64,000 bases of DNA from Methanimicrococcus sp. (GTDB lineage: Archaea; Halobacteriota; Methanosarcinia; Methanosarcinales; Methanosarcinaceae). Position numbers and translations under genes: made by a program. Positions 1 to 10,089 of this stretch are shown here, piece after piece. The DNA is taken from the NCBI GenBank assembly GCA_034006575.1, contig JAVESN010000001.1, positions 6,233-70,232 on the forward strand, in the 5' to 3' direction. The notes under the pieces are model-generated. The model was not told where the DNA came from and searched no databases. It saw only the letters and a list, made by a program, of their open reading frames with translations. Position 1 is the stretch's first letter, and the number at the start of each line of letters is the position of its first letter.

Positions 1-334
1 GATATATTTTATTATAATATTCTTCACAAGCTTCATCATTTATTTTTATGAAATAATATTTTGCTCTATGCTCTCCATATTCTATTTTTTCACAAATTCG
101 AATAAGTGTTTTTGCAGTTTCAATTTCTTCATCTTCTTCAAATTCAATTTGCAAATACCACATTTCATTATCTTTATCAATTTCTTCAGAATAATCTATC
201 TGTTTTTCAACCCCATCTAATTCAAAAATAAATGAATTTTTTGTAACATTTGTAAATAACTTTTTAAAAAAAGATTCTGATGGTGATATGATTTCACCAT
301 CATTTTTTAACATAGATATGTATTCAACTTTCAT
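1..334 (-). CDS. Partial low-GC hypothetical protein (5' end only; possibly N-terminus of a HEPN/Swt1-like protein)
   Basis: Manually translated open frame from ATG at 334 running off the window edge (MKVEYISMLKNDGEIISPSESFFKKLF...INDEACEEYYNKIY); much more AT-rich than neighbouring por genes; not in the ORF track because it lacks a stop inside the window. Confidence 0.6.
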   Translation of the reverse strand, partial: MKVEYISMLKNDGEIISPSESFFKKLFTNVTKNSFIFELDGVEKQIDYSEEIDKDNEMWYLQIEFEEDEEIETAKTLIRICEKIEYGEHRAKYYFIKINDEACEEYYNKIY

Positions 335-419
335 TGTCTCATATCTCTTAATTTTTTAATATTTGATGAATATTATTAATTACTCAAAAAATAAAGAAAA
401 AAAAAGACAAGTTAAAAAA

Positions 420-1313
420 TTACTTGTCAAGTCCGTATTTCGCAATATTTTTATCGGCCAACTGCTGAATCTTTTCGACTTCCTTGTCGCCGCCTTCCAT
501 TTTGAAAAGATGTTTGAAACGGGATTGAGATTTCAAATATTCTTCAACCGGTTTCGGATCTTTGATTTTCTTAACGGAAGTGACTTCGCCGTTTTCAATT
601 TCGTAAAGCGGCCAAAGACAGCAATCTACGGCAAGCTTGGCGATTTCAATCGTCTTGGATGAATCAAAACCCCAACCGGTCGGGCAAGGCGCATGCGCGT
701 GAATGTAAGTGGAACCGACCGTGTCGGCTGCCTTTTTCACTTTTTTCATCATGTCGTTGGCGTATCCGATGGAAGTGGTTGCCACATACGGAGAGCCGTG
801 AGCGACCATGATGGCCGGCATGTCTTTTTTATTGGTGTTGTTCCCGTAAGATTTGCTTCCGGCAGGACTCGTTGTCGTGGACGCGCCAAACGGCGTTCCG
901 CTGCTGCGCTGAACACCTGTGTTCATGTACGCTTCGTTGTCGATACAAACGTATGTGATATCGTGATTGCGTTCAAAAGCGCCGGACAAAGCGCCGATAC
1001 CGATGTCCATGGTGGATCCGTCTCCGCCCATCCCGATGATTTTCGTATTTCCTTTTCGCCCCATCGCAATCAAAGCCGCTTCAACGCCGGACGCGACGGC
1101 GGCGCCGTTTTCAAAAAGCGAATGAATCCACGGAACGTTCCAAGCGGTTCTCGGAAACGGCGTGGTCATCACTTCCAAACAACCGGTCGGGTTGACAATA
1201 ATACAATCCGGACCGACAGCCATCAAAACATATTTGGCAGCCAACGCGTCACAGCAACCGGCACAGCCGTTGTGACCGGCCGTCAATAAATTAAACGGTT
1301 TATTGTCGCTCAC
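420..1313 (-). CDS. porB: Pyruvate:ferredoxin oxidoreductase beta subunit
   Basis: GHNGCAGC, TPP-binding GGDG...DNEAYMNTGVQRS, APCPTGW motifs; last gene of por operon. Confidence 0.95.
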   Translation of the reverse strand: MSDNKPFNLLTAGHNGCAGCCDALAAKYVLMAVGPDCIIVNPTGCLEVMTTPFPRTAWNVPWIHSLFENGAAVASGVEAALIAMGRKGNTKIIGMGGDGSTMDIGIGALSGAFERNHDITYVCIDNEAYMNTGVQRSSGTPFGASTTTSPAGSKSYGNNTNKKDMPAIMVAHGSPYVATTSIGYANDMMKKVKKAADTVGSTYIHAHAPCPTGWGFDSSKTIEIAKLAVDCCLWPLYEIENGEVTSVKKIKDPKPVEEYLKSQSRFKHLFKMEGGDKEVEKIQQLADKNIAKYGLDK

Positions 1314-2524
1314 AACAATTCCTCCTTCACTTCATTAAACTGAGACTCAACCTCAATCTTTCCTGTTTCTGCAACTTTCTTTGTCGCTTCAATAATTTCT
1401 TTGATGTGGCTCGGGCGAATATCGCGGCCGCCATGACCGACCATGTAACTGATAATCGGTGTTCTGGCCGGCGTGTTGTAAAGACCGGCTTTGATTTCCG
1501 TAAACAAAGCGCCTTCATTTCGACCGATGGAAATATCTTTTTCAACGACGACAACCGCTTTTGCATTTTTTAAAGCGTTTGCAATTGCTTCTGTCGGGAA
1601 CGGTCGGAATGCGCGGACTTTTAAAACACCGATTTTTTCACCGTTTGCACGGTATTCATCCACGACGTCTTTAATCGTTCCGAGAAGAGATCCGAACGAA
1701 ACAATGACGACTTCCGCATCTTCCAAAGAATATCCTTCAATCAAACCGCCGTAATATCTGCCGGTGACGGCTTTGAAATCGTCGGCCGCTTTTTCAATGA
1801 CAGTCAACGCGTTTTTCATGGCTTGCTCTTGAGAGTATCTGAATTCCGTATAAACGGACGGGTCACCCAGCGTACCAAACGACATCGGGTTTTTCGGGTC
1901 TAAATAAACATCCGGTTTAAACGGCGGCAAAAACTCATCCGCTTCTTTTTGGTCCATCAAAACGACCGGCTCATAAACGTGAGACAAAACAAAACCGTCC
2001 ATACAAACCATTATCGGTAAAAGAACGCTTTTGTCTTCGGCAATTTTAAACGCTTGAAGAACCATGTCGGCGGCTTCCTGCGTGTCTTCGGCATAAATCT
2101 GAATCCATCCGGAATCTCTTTGCGCAATCGAATCCTGCTGATCGTTCCAAATGTTAATCGGCGCGCCGACGGCTCTGTTAACAACCGTCATGACAATCGG
2201 AAGTCTCATGCCCGATGCGTTAAACAAAGCTTCGTGCATCAAAAAAAGACCTTGAGATGTGGTGGCAGAGTATGTTCTGGCGCCTGCTGCCGATGCTCCG
2301 ATCAATGCGGAAATTGCGGAGAATTCGGATTCGACGTTAATATATTCACAGCCGGGAATGTCGCCGTCGGCCATAAATTGAGACAATTCTTCGACAATAT
2401 GCGTTTGCGGTGTAATCGGATAAGCGGAAATCACTTGCGGTCTGGCAACTTTGGCGGCGTGCGCGCTTGCGTAAGAGCCTTCCACAACGGACATTTTTGA
2501 TTTATCGTTTGGATTGACGGCCAT
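1310..2524 (-). CDS. porA: Pyruvate:ferredoxin oxidoreductase alpha subunit
   Basis: AYPITPQT, VESEFSA, TSQGL, NRAVGAP motifs; start set at ATG 2524 (MAVNP), overlapping the porD stop. Confidence 0.95.
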   Translation of the reverse strand: MAVNPNDKSKMSVVEGSYASAHAAKVARPQVISAYPITPQTHIVEELSQFMADGDIPGCEYINVESEFSAISALIGASAAGARTYSATTSQGLFLMHEALFNASGMRLPIVMTVVNRAVGAPINIWNDQQDSIAQRDSGWIQIYAEDTQEAADMVLQAFKIAEDKSVLLPIMVCMDGFVLSHVYEPVVLMDQKEADEFLPPFKPDVYLDPKNPMSFGTLGDPSVYTEFRYSQEQAMKNALTVIEKAADDFKAVTGRYYGGLIEGYSLEDAEVVIVSFGSLLGTIKDVVDEYRANGEKIGVLKVRAFRPFPTEAIANALKNAKAVVVVEKDISIGRNEGALFTEIKAGLYNTPARTPIISYMVGHGGRDIRPSHIKEIIEATKKVAETGKIEVESQFNEVKEELL

Positions 2525-2805
2525 TATTTTTCCTCCAAGGTCATTGTAATCACATCTTTCGGACATTCGTTTGCGCAAATGCCGCATCCTTTACAATAAT
2601 CGTAATCGGCTTTGTACAAACATTTTCCTTTGTCGTTTGCGGTTGCCGGGTCCGGATGAATACACATGTCCGGGCAAGCCACTTCGCAAATGGCGCAGCG
2701 AATACATTTGTTGTAATCAAAGACGGGCATAAACGTTCTCCAGCCGCCGGTTTTATTTTCCATGGCGGTTCCGGGGTAACAATAAGCGCCGGGTGTAATT
2801 TTCAT
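2524..2805 (-). CDS. porD: Pyruvate:ferredoxin oxidoreductase delta subunit (2x[4Fe-4S])
   Basis: KTGGWR motif, two CxxCxxCxxxCP motifs, DYDYCKGCGICANECP. Confidence 0.95.
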   Translation of the reverse strand: MKITPGAYCYPGTAMENKTGGWRTFMPVFDYNKCIRCAICEVACPDMCIHPDPATANDKGKCLYKADYDYCKGCGICANECPKDVITMTLEEK

Positions 2806-3357
2806 TTATTCCATCTCCTCTTTTACAAAATCGTAAGCGGCGCGAATCGCTTCGGCATTCTTTTCGCCGACTCTTCCGGCAAACCTCTCTTTGACGGCGT
2901 CTTGGATGGACTCGACAGCGACTTCTCCGGTCGTTGCGGCAAAAGCGCCGAGTAAAATCGTATTGACAATCGGGAGTCCGATGACATCCATCGCGATTTT
3001 GGTCGCGTCAACCGTCATAATTTTGGCTTTTGTGTCCAAATGTTTAAAAGCGTCGACAGACTCTTTTGTGTTAATGATTAAAGCGCCGGTTTCTTTTAAA
3101 CCGCCGGTCACATCAACAACATCGAGAAGAGTCGGGTCTTGAACAATGACATAATCCGGTTCATAAATTTGGCTTCTGACACGAATCGGCACATCGTCCA
3201 AGCGCGTAAAGGCCTGGACCGGTGCACCACGTCTTTCCACACCGAAAGCCGGGAAGGCTTGACTGAATTTACCGTCGGCAAACGCAGCGATGGAAAGAAG
3301 TTCTGCGGCTGTGACGGAACCTTGTCCGCCGCGCCCGTGAATTCTGATTTCTTTCAT
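2806..3357 (-). CDS. porC: Pyruvate:ferredoxin oxidoreductase gamma subunit
   Basis: [21 protein letters not shown] motifs. Confidence 0.95.
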   Translation of the reverse strand: MKEIRIHGRGGQGSVTAAELLSIAAFADGKFSQAFPAFGVERRGAPVQAFTRLDDVPIRVRSQIYEPDYVIVQDPTLLDVVDVTGGLKETGALIINTKESVDAFKHLDTKAKIMTVDATKIAMDVIGLPIVNTILLGAFAATTGEVAVESIQDAVKERFAGRVGEKNAEAIRAAYDFVKEEME

Positions 3358-4057
3358 TATGGTAACCTCTAAAGTGATAACTCAAGCAGATTTTTGGTTT
3401 AAGCGCGAAAAAAGACGACCACAGGTCAATCGTTTGTTTCGCAAATGTTTTATTTTTAAAAATACGCCTTTTTTAATAAAAGAGCCGGTTTACATAAAAG
3501 GAAAGATCATTTCAGAAGATATCGGTTAGTCGAATCATGAAATCGGTCTGAAATCCTCATACATACAATTTCGTTTTTTCCTCTCTTCTTCGTATTTTCC
3601 AAAATATATTTAAGATATCCTTGTCAATTTTTGATATCTAATAATAATGACAAATCCCTTATCCTATATTTTGTTATTAAGCTTTTGGTAAAGGTTACCG
3701 TTTGATTATAAATATTCGGTTTACAATGACATATGATATTTCTCGTTTGGCGCTCCCAATCGCTTTGTTTTCCCGTTTCGTTTTTTCACATTTATCATTT
3801 TTTCACGTGATTTTGTTTTACCGTTTTTTTCACGTGATCTTATTTTGCGGTTCATGGAATTGCCGTCGCCATCGATGTCGTTTTAATATTCATCGGAAAA
3901 AACGAGGCCGGTCCAAACACAATCCAAACGGCAAGCGGCAAACGGCAAGCGGCAAACGGCAAATTCCGTAAAACAACGCCGCGCCAAACAGCGAAAATGT
4001 CCTCTCGTTTTCAAAAATAAAAATGAAAACGGAGGTCCGATTTTTCATATCTCTCTT

Positions 4058-6262
4058 TCACTCTGCCGGTTCGGGTTCGCGAATATATTTTGAGTGTCTC
4101 GGAAAAACAGCCACGCCTCGGGATGATTTATTCATTTCGATGCCGGACATTTTGGCTTTTCCGACACCGATGACATTTTCCCCGAGAATAATCACATCAT
4201 CGCCGGTTCGAATATTTGAGTCGGCCTCTATAATTCCCGGCGCCAGCAGAGAGCCTTTTGGCAGGAAATTGTTAATTTTTACCGTGTATTGTCCTGTATA
4301 CCGCTCCGATTTGATCAGTTTTTCAACGGCGGCGAGCGAGAGCGCGAATTGACCGAATTGAGGAACCAAAACGGCCAGCTGAGTTTTTTCGTCTAAAAGC
4401 ATGTATTTCGGGAAATTCCCTTTCACAATCGTCTCCTCCGTAAAAAGAGCGTCGGCAAGCGTTCCGAGTTGGTAGCGAAGAATCGCTTGGGATTGGTCTT
4501 CCTTGTCTTGCGTTCCGCTTCTTTTTAATAAATTCGGGCGCAGCATGTGTGTTTCAGATTCTTTTTGGGGGGTCGCTTCTTCGACGATTTGATCAACGGC
4601 GGCTCTTAAATTTTTCAAACTGATTTGAGAGGCCGGGCCTTTTCCTTCCTCGACCGTATACGTCATTGAAAGGCCGAGCCGAGCGGAAACGTCTTCGCAA
4701 ATTTCGCGATACGGTCCCTCCACATGCGCGACAATATGTTTGTAAAGGCTCTTATTTTTAATTAAATAATTTTCAAGCAAACCGCCGACAAAAGCGCGTT
4801 CTTCCAAATCCCAATGCCCGGTGACGGTCGTGTCGTAATGCGCCGCCGGATACGTCAATTCCAGCTCTCGCGGAATAATTCCCATCGGCGATGTCATAAT
4901 TAATTCATTGATATATTTTCGATTGCGTTCTATGGCTCGAATGAATTTTTGGTGCGACATCGATATCGAGTACGGTTTTTTTGAGGAGCACGGGAATATC
5001 ACCAATATCTCTTTTTTCGGGGCTTCATAATCGTCGGCGATTCGTTTCGCAAATCTTTGAATCTCGGCGCGGTTTTGAGATTCCGAGGTCGTCGCAAAAA
5101 TCGTTTCTCGTCGAAATGTCGGCGCCGTCTCTTCCGCCACCGGACTTCTGTCAAACAAACGCAAAAGACCGGTTAACCACGTTTTAACGCGGCATTGCCC
5201 CTCAACATATTCCCGAAGAGCGCTTTTTCTAATTTTTTCTCGAACCAAAGCGATTTCCGCGTCAAGCGCATTGATATTGTGTTCTTCAAGAAAAGCGTAT
5301 CTTTCAGCGGCCGGCATCTCTTTTACACATTGAGCCGTTTTTCCGGCGCAAGCCGTGCATCGGCAGGGTAATTCCGCTAAATCCTCCAAGAAAAAAGTCC
5401 CGGCGTTTGTCATATATTTATTCGAATAAGCGGCAACCTCCGCGCGTGTGGTATCTAAAATGTCCGCGCCCAAATAAATCAACATCGCCGCATTCTCGGG
5501 CGTCGCCAAATTCGAAAGCCAAAGAGCGGTATCCGCCGGAAGCCTTTCTTTGACATTCATCAAAGCTTCAAAAAAACCGACTGAATCGCCGTCAAAAGAC
5601 CCGGCGCTTTCCATTATGAAAACATCCGATCCGATTTTTTCAATCGGAAAATCGGAATCCGTTTTTACTTGTTTTTCCGATTCCGTTTCTATTTGTCTTT
5701 CGTCTTCCGTTTCTATTTGTCTTTCGTCTTCCGTTTCTATTTGTCTTTCGTCTTCCGTTTCTATTTGTCTTTCGTCTTCCGTTTTCAAATCGTTCCGGAT
5801 TTCCGAATCGCTGCAAACGAACTCGCTTTCTTCAACGGTTTTGGAGTATTTCATCGGGCGAATCATCGAAGCGGTCGGTCTTTTTCCGATGATTTCTGCC
5901 AAATTCATTTCATCGAATATTTTTTTCCGGCGTTTTTCATTGTCTTCGCTTGAATAGGTCAGCGTAAATTGATTTCTCGGCAAAATCAAAAGACGGCTTT
6001 CCGGCGTTTTTTGGATTTCTTCTTTCATTTCCGATATTTTTGATTCGTCCGTCCCTTTTCTCCAAAATGTTCCGAGATTTTTAATCGGCAACTCCCCGGC
6101 GGCGAGTTTTGAAGAATTCAACAGACATGGGGTTTGAATAAAAGAAGCCGCCGGCTTTTCAACAGGAGTATTCGACGCATCGCCGGAGTTTTTGCCTGAA
6201 ATATAAAGTTTACCGAGTCGAGCCGCCCCGTCTCGGTCATCGATTTCAAAGAATTTTGTCAT
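4058..6262 (-). CDS. arcS: Archaeosine synthase subunit alpha (TGT-like fold plus C-terminal PUA domain)
   Basis: RDGAARLGKL N-terminus, CxCxxC Zn site, PCSSKKPYSISMSH, YPAAHYDTTVTGHW, C-terminal PUA. Confidence 0.9.
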   Translation of the reverse strand: MTKFFEIDDRDGAARLGKLYISGKNSGDASNTPVEKPAASFIQTPCLLNSSKLAAGELPIKNLGTFWRKGTDESKISEMKEEIQKTPESRLLILPRNQFTLTYSSEDNEKRRKKIFDEMNLAEIIGKRPTASMIRPMKYSKTVEESEFVCSDSEIRNDLKTEDERQIETEDERQIETEDERQIETEDERQIETESEKQVKTDSDFPIEKIGSDVFIMESAGSFDGDSVGFFEALMNVKERLPADTALWLSNLATPENAAMLIYLGADILDTTRAEVAAYSNKYMTNAGTFFLEDLAELPCRCTACAGKTAQCVKEMPAAERYAFLEEHNINALDAEIALVREKIRKSALREYVEGQCRVKTWLTGLLRLFDRSPVAEETAPTFRRETIFATTSESQNRAEIQRFAKRIADDYEAPKKEILVIFPCSSKKPYSISMSHQKFIRAIERNRKYINELIMTSPMGIIPRELELTYPAAHYDTTVTGHWDLEERAFVGGLLENYLIKNKSLYKHIVAHVEGPYREICEDVSARLGLSMTYTVEEGKGPASQISLKNLRAAVDQIVEEATPQKESETHMLRPNLLKRSGTQDKEDQSQAILRYQLGTLADALFTEETIVKGNFPKYMLLDEKTQLAVLVPQFGQFALSLAAVEKLIKSERYTGQYTVKINNFLPKGSLLAPGIIEADSNIRTGDDVIILGENVIGVGKAKMSGIEMNKSSRGVAVFPRHSKYIREPEPAE
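5681..5785. repeat. 24-bp tandem repeat x4 inside arcS, encoding (ETEDERQI)n
   Basis: Unit cttccgtttctatttgtctttcgt repeated in frame. Confidence 0.95.
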
Positions 6263-6380
6263 GGACTCTAAACTTCGTCATAGAATTAAAAAACTATCCT
6301 TCAAAACCCGCTGTTTTTAAAATGAATGCAACGAATAATCATAATATAATTTAAAAAATAATTAAAAAATAACCAATACT

Positions 6381-6866
6381 CTATTTTATTTTCCAAATGT
6401 AATAAAAACGCATTAGTTCAGAAACTTTTTTCGGATTATATGACCGTATTTGTTCTTCGGTAAAATACGCGGGCGCATCACACCGACGCAAATTTTCTTT
6501 AATTTCATCCACCAGAGCGCTGTCAACGCTCGCTCCGCCGTAGTGAATTAATTTGTCAAGATCATTGAAATATTCCATAACATAATGGCAAGCCGGATTC
6601 GCGCACGAAGGAGCCGTAAACGGATATTGCGGCTCTATCGGAATCAATTCCGCGTCCGTTCGCTTAAAAAAAGTTTTTCTAAAAGTTTCGGCGGCCTTCT
6701 TGTTTTTCTTTTCGGTGGCTTTTGTAACATTGACCATCTACAACTCTTTTACAATATCGTCAAATCTTTTACTGACGACAATCATTAATCTGTTTTTGAG
6801 ATTTTTGGTTGTCCGATCACAATAATAAGGCGGCATATAATGGAGAACCTGCTTAATCTTGACCAT
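6381..6866 (-). CDS. Putative toxin (PemK/MazF-like) containing one in-frame TAG at 6738-6740; Pyl read-through product or nonsense pseudogene
   Basis: ATG at 6866 directly follows the antitoxin TAA; 42 codons (MVKIKQVLHYMPPYYCDRTTKNLKNRLMIVVSKRFDDIVKEL), TAG, then in frame with the 6737..6381 ORF; KNRLMIVVS...MVNVTK resembles the PemK KxRPxxVVS...VPxT pattern. Confidence 0.55.
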
Positions 6867-7379
6867 TTAATATCCCAACTCTTCTCGATATTTGTGGGCG
6901 TAAAGCAAATTCCTTATCATTTTCAATTCGATACCGAATTCCTCTTTGGGGATGATTTGTTTTTTGCGATTATAATCCACAACTTTTCCGTTTTCATCAA
7001 AAATTTGAGAGGCGTTATAGAATTTCTCCCACGCCGGAGATTCATGGCTTAAATCTATCAATTCATCACATCCGGCGTCGCCGAAAATGTCCGACGTTAA
7101 ATAAAACGTGTTCAGTTCTTCTGCGGTATAATTCGGAAGAAACACCGTATTAAATTCTTCCGTGCTTATATTATCCATATTGTATAAGACATCCCATACA
7201 ACCGGACCATATTCAAAAGCACAAAAATCATCTTCAAACAATGGTTTCTTATAATTATAAAAATGAATCAACCATGAGAAAAAGAGAAGCTTTTGAAGTC
7301 GGGCTTGATCAGACCACTCTTTTGATAATCCAGGTGTGTGGATGAACCAATGAGCGATATCCGTTGCCGTTCTTGACAT
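6867..7379 (-). CDS. Panacea/SocA (DUF4065) family antitoxin
   Basis: LQKLLFF...PLF..DFCAFEYGPVV...LSHESPAW matches the DUF4065 LQKLLYY / AWxxGPV / HxxxPW signature. Confidence 0.85.
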   Translation of the reverse strand: MSRTATDIAHWFIHTPGLSKEWSDQARLQKLLFFSWLIHFYNYKKPLFEDDFCAFEYGPVVWDVLYNMDNISTEEFNTVFLPNYTAEELNTFYLTSDIFGDAGCDELIDLSHESPAWEKFYNASQIFDENGKVVDYNRKKQIIPKEEFGIELKMIRNLLYAHKYREELGY

Positions 7380-7404
7380 ATTATTCTCCTCCTTTATATT
7401 TTTT

Positions 7405-7522
7405 GAATTATTTGAGAACTCGAATTATTTGAGAACTTGAATTATTTGAGAACTCGAATTATTTGAGAACTTGAATTATTTGAGAACTTGAATTATTTGG
7501 GAATTTGAATTATTCGGGAATT
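7405..7522. repeat. 17-bp tandem repeat x7 upstream of the antitoxin gene
   Basis: gaattatttgagaact(c/t) x5 plus two degenerate copies. Confidence 0.9.
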
Positions 7523-7678
7523 GAAAAACTTTACAATGTCAGTTTGTTTAATTTGTATATATAATCACAGCATATGGCGCGAAAGTAATGGTTTAAATGC
7601 AATGAGCTAAAAACGCAATTGTTCAAAGCGGTTGCTTTTTTACAAATTCGGTTTTTTACAAAAATCGCAACTCAATTT

Positions 7679-8239
7679 TTACAAAAATTTACAAAAACAG
7701 CCCTCCAAATGATCATCGACCATTCCGATCGCTTGCATATACGCGTAAATAATGGTCGAGCCGACGAACGTAAATCCAAGTTTTTTCAAATCTTTGCTGA
7801 TTCGATCCGACAGTTCCGTACGGGCGGGAATTTCACTCGGCGTTTTCGGATTGTTTTGAATCGGTTTGCCGTCTATGTATTTCCATAAAAATTCATTCAA
7901 TGAGCCGTGCTTTTCGACCAATTTAAAATAAGCGATGGAATTGGTCGTCGCCGCTTTGATTTTTAAGCGGTTTTTAATGATTCCTTCCGTTAAAAGAAGC
8001 TCTTCTCTTTTCTTGTCATCATAATTTTTCATAATATTCGGATCAAAATTGTCATACGCAATTCTCATCGCTTCTCTTTTTTTCAATATGATTGACCAGC
8101 TTAAACCGGCTTGCTGCCCTTCTAAAATCAGCATTTCAAAAAGTTTTCTCTCATCGTGAAGCGGTCTTCCCCATTCGTCGTCATGATATTTGCAGTCAAG
8201 CGGCGTTTTTGCCCACGCGCACCTTCTTTTTTCCGTCAT
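7679..8239 (-). CDS. tag: DNA-3-methyladenine glycosylase I
   Basis: RCAW...YHDDEWG, LEGQQAGLSW, NRLKI, FVGSTIIYAYMQAIGMVDDHLEGCF. Confidence 0.95.
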   Translation of the reverse strand: MTEKRRCAWAKTPLDCKYHDDEWGRPLHDERKLFEMLILEGQQAGLSWSIILKKREAMRIAYDNFDPNIMKNYDDKKREELLLTEGIIKNRLKIKAATTNSIAYFKLVEKHGSLNEFLWKYIDGKPIQNNPKTPSEIPARTELSDRISKDLKKLGFTFVGSTIIYAYMQAIGMVDDHLEGCFCKFL

Positions 8240-8590
8240 CCTCTTCGCTCTTTTCATATCTTCTTTTCATATCGTCTTTTGTTTCATGCTTTTTTAATTT
8301 TAAATAATTTACTTGATATTAGCTTGACATGAAACAAAACGAATTGATTTAAAAGAGTTTCAAAAACTCCGGTGAGAATTAAATTTTAATCGAAATGATA
8401 ATTCATCATTTATTTTTAAAACAATTCGATAGCCGCAGGAACAGCCGCTTTGCATTTTTCGTTTTTGTCGGCCTGTCATAAAAACATATATATAATGAAT
8501 CAACATGAAAAAGCACTCAGATTAAAGTTTGCGTATCGCACGCGTTTTTATTTTCTATTTTTACCGATTGAAAAAAACGGTCCATCCTTT

Positions 8591-9964
8591 ATGAATCATT
8601 ACGAGCAACTTAAAAATATTTGTCCGGACCGGGCGACGATTTCCCCGGCCGAGCTTTGCTGTTATTCCGCAGACGGCTCTCAAGTCAAGGGCGCCCCGGA
8701 AATCGTGGTTTTTCCGAAAAGCACGGAAGAAGTTTCAAAAATCATGAAATACGCCGATCAAAATTTGATTCCCGTCACCCCGCGCGGGGCCGGAACCGGA
8801 CTTGCGGGCGGCGCCGTTGCGCTTTGCGGCGGCATTTTAATGGACATGTCTTTGATGAATCAAATTCTTCACATCGACATTGACAACATTCAAGTCACGG
8901 CGGAAGCCGGCGTCATTCAAGACCAATTGAACGCGGCGCTTAAACCGTACGGCTTTTTCTTCCCCCCCAATCCCGGAAGCTCGGCAACGTGCACTCTTGG
9001 CGGGCAAATCGCCAACAACGCGAGCGGAATGCGTTGCGTTAAATACGGGACGACCAAAAATTACGTTTTGGATTTGGAAGTCGTTTTGGCAAACGGCGAT
9101 GTCATCAACACCGGATCAAATTGTTTGAAATCCTCGGCCGGATATGATTTATCCCGCCTTTATGTCGGCTCGGAAGGAACGCTTGGAATCATTACAAAAG
9201 CGGTTTTAAAAATCGCGCCGCTTCCCAAAGCCCGAAAATTAATTATGGTCTCCTTTCCGACACCCGAAGACGCCGGACTTTCGGTTTCTCGAATCTTTGC
9301 CGCCGGCGTTACGCCGTCCGCGTGTGAAATTATGGATAAGACGTCCGTCTCGGTTTTGACGACGCTGGATCCGAACATCATATTTCCCCGAGACGGAGAT
9401 GTCGTTTTGTTTGAAGTGGACGGCAGCAAAAACGCGGTGGACGAGTCGGCGGAATTGTTGGCCAAAGCCTGTGAAGACATCTCAAACAGTATTCTTATTA
9501 CGGACGATCCTGTCAAAATGAAAGAAATATGGGACGCAAGAAGCCTTCTCGGAGCGGCGGTTTCAAAAATCGATCCGACCAAAACGCGCATTTATGTCGG
9601 GGAAGACTTGGGCGTCCCGATTAAACAATTGCCGCAAATGATTTCAAAAATTTATGAAATTACGGGAGAAGCCGGCTTAACGCCGATGATTTACGGGCAC
9701 GTCGGCGACGGCACCCTTCATGTCGGTTTGTTCATCGATGTTTTGGATGAAAACGAGTGGAAAAAATTAGAAATTACGGCCGACAAACTGCATTTGGCCG
9801 CCATTTCTCTTGGCGGAACCGTCAGCTCCGAACACGGAATCGGCGCGGCGCGCGGACAGTACCTGGCGCAACAATGCGGACCGGCATTTGAATTGATGAA
9901 AACCATTAAAAAAGCGCTTGACCCTAAAGGCATTTTAAATCCCAAAAAGCTGGGATTAAATTGA
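8591..9964 (+). CDS. FAD-linked oxidoreductase, GlcD/D-lactate dehydrogenase family
   Basis: PRGAGTGLAGGA, PNPGSS...LGGQIANNASG, GSEGTLG, GHVGDGTLH, SEHGIG, DPKGILNP; start at ATG 8591. Confidence 0.9.
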   Translation: MNHYEQLKNICPDRATISPAELCCYSADGSQVKGAPEIVVFPKSTEEVSKIMKYADQNLIPVTPRGAGTGLAGGAVALCGGILMDMSLMNQILHIDIDNIQVTAEAGVIQDQLNAALKPYGFFFPPNPGSSATCTLGGQIANNASGMRCVKYGTTKNYVLDLEVVLANGDVINTGSNCLKSSAGYDLSRLYVGSEGTLGIITKAVLKIAPLPKARKLIMVSFPTPEDAGLSVSRIFAAGVTPSACEIMDKTSVSVLTTLDPNIIFPRDGDVVLFEVDGSKNAVDESAELLAKACEDISNSILITDDPVKMKEIWDARSLLGAAVSKIDPTKTRIYVGEDLGVPIKQLPQMISKIYEITGEAGLTPMIYGHVGDGTLHVGLFIDVLDENEWKKLEITADKLHLAAISLGGTVSSEHGIGAARGQYLAQQCGPAFELMKTIKKALDPKGILNPKKLGLN

Positions 9965-10089
9965 TGTTTTTGTTTTGAAGAGATTTAAAAAAGAAGTTTG
10001 TAGAGATTTAAAGAAGAAAATTGAAAAAATTAAAACGAAATTGAAGAAATTTAATTTAAAAGAAGTTTGAAGAGAAGGGTTTTAAAAAT

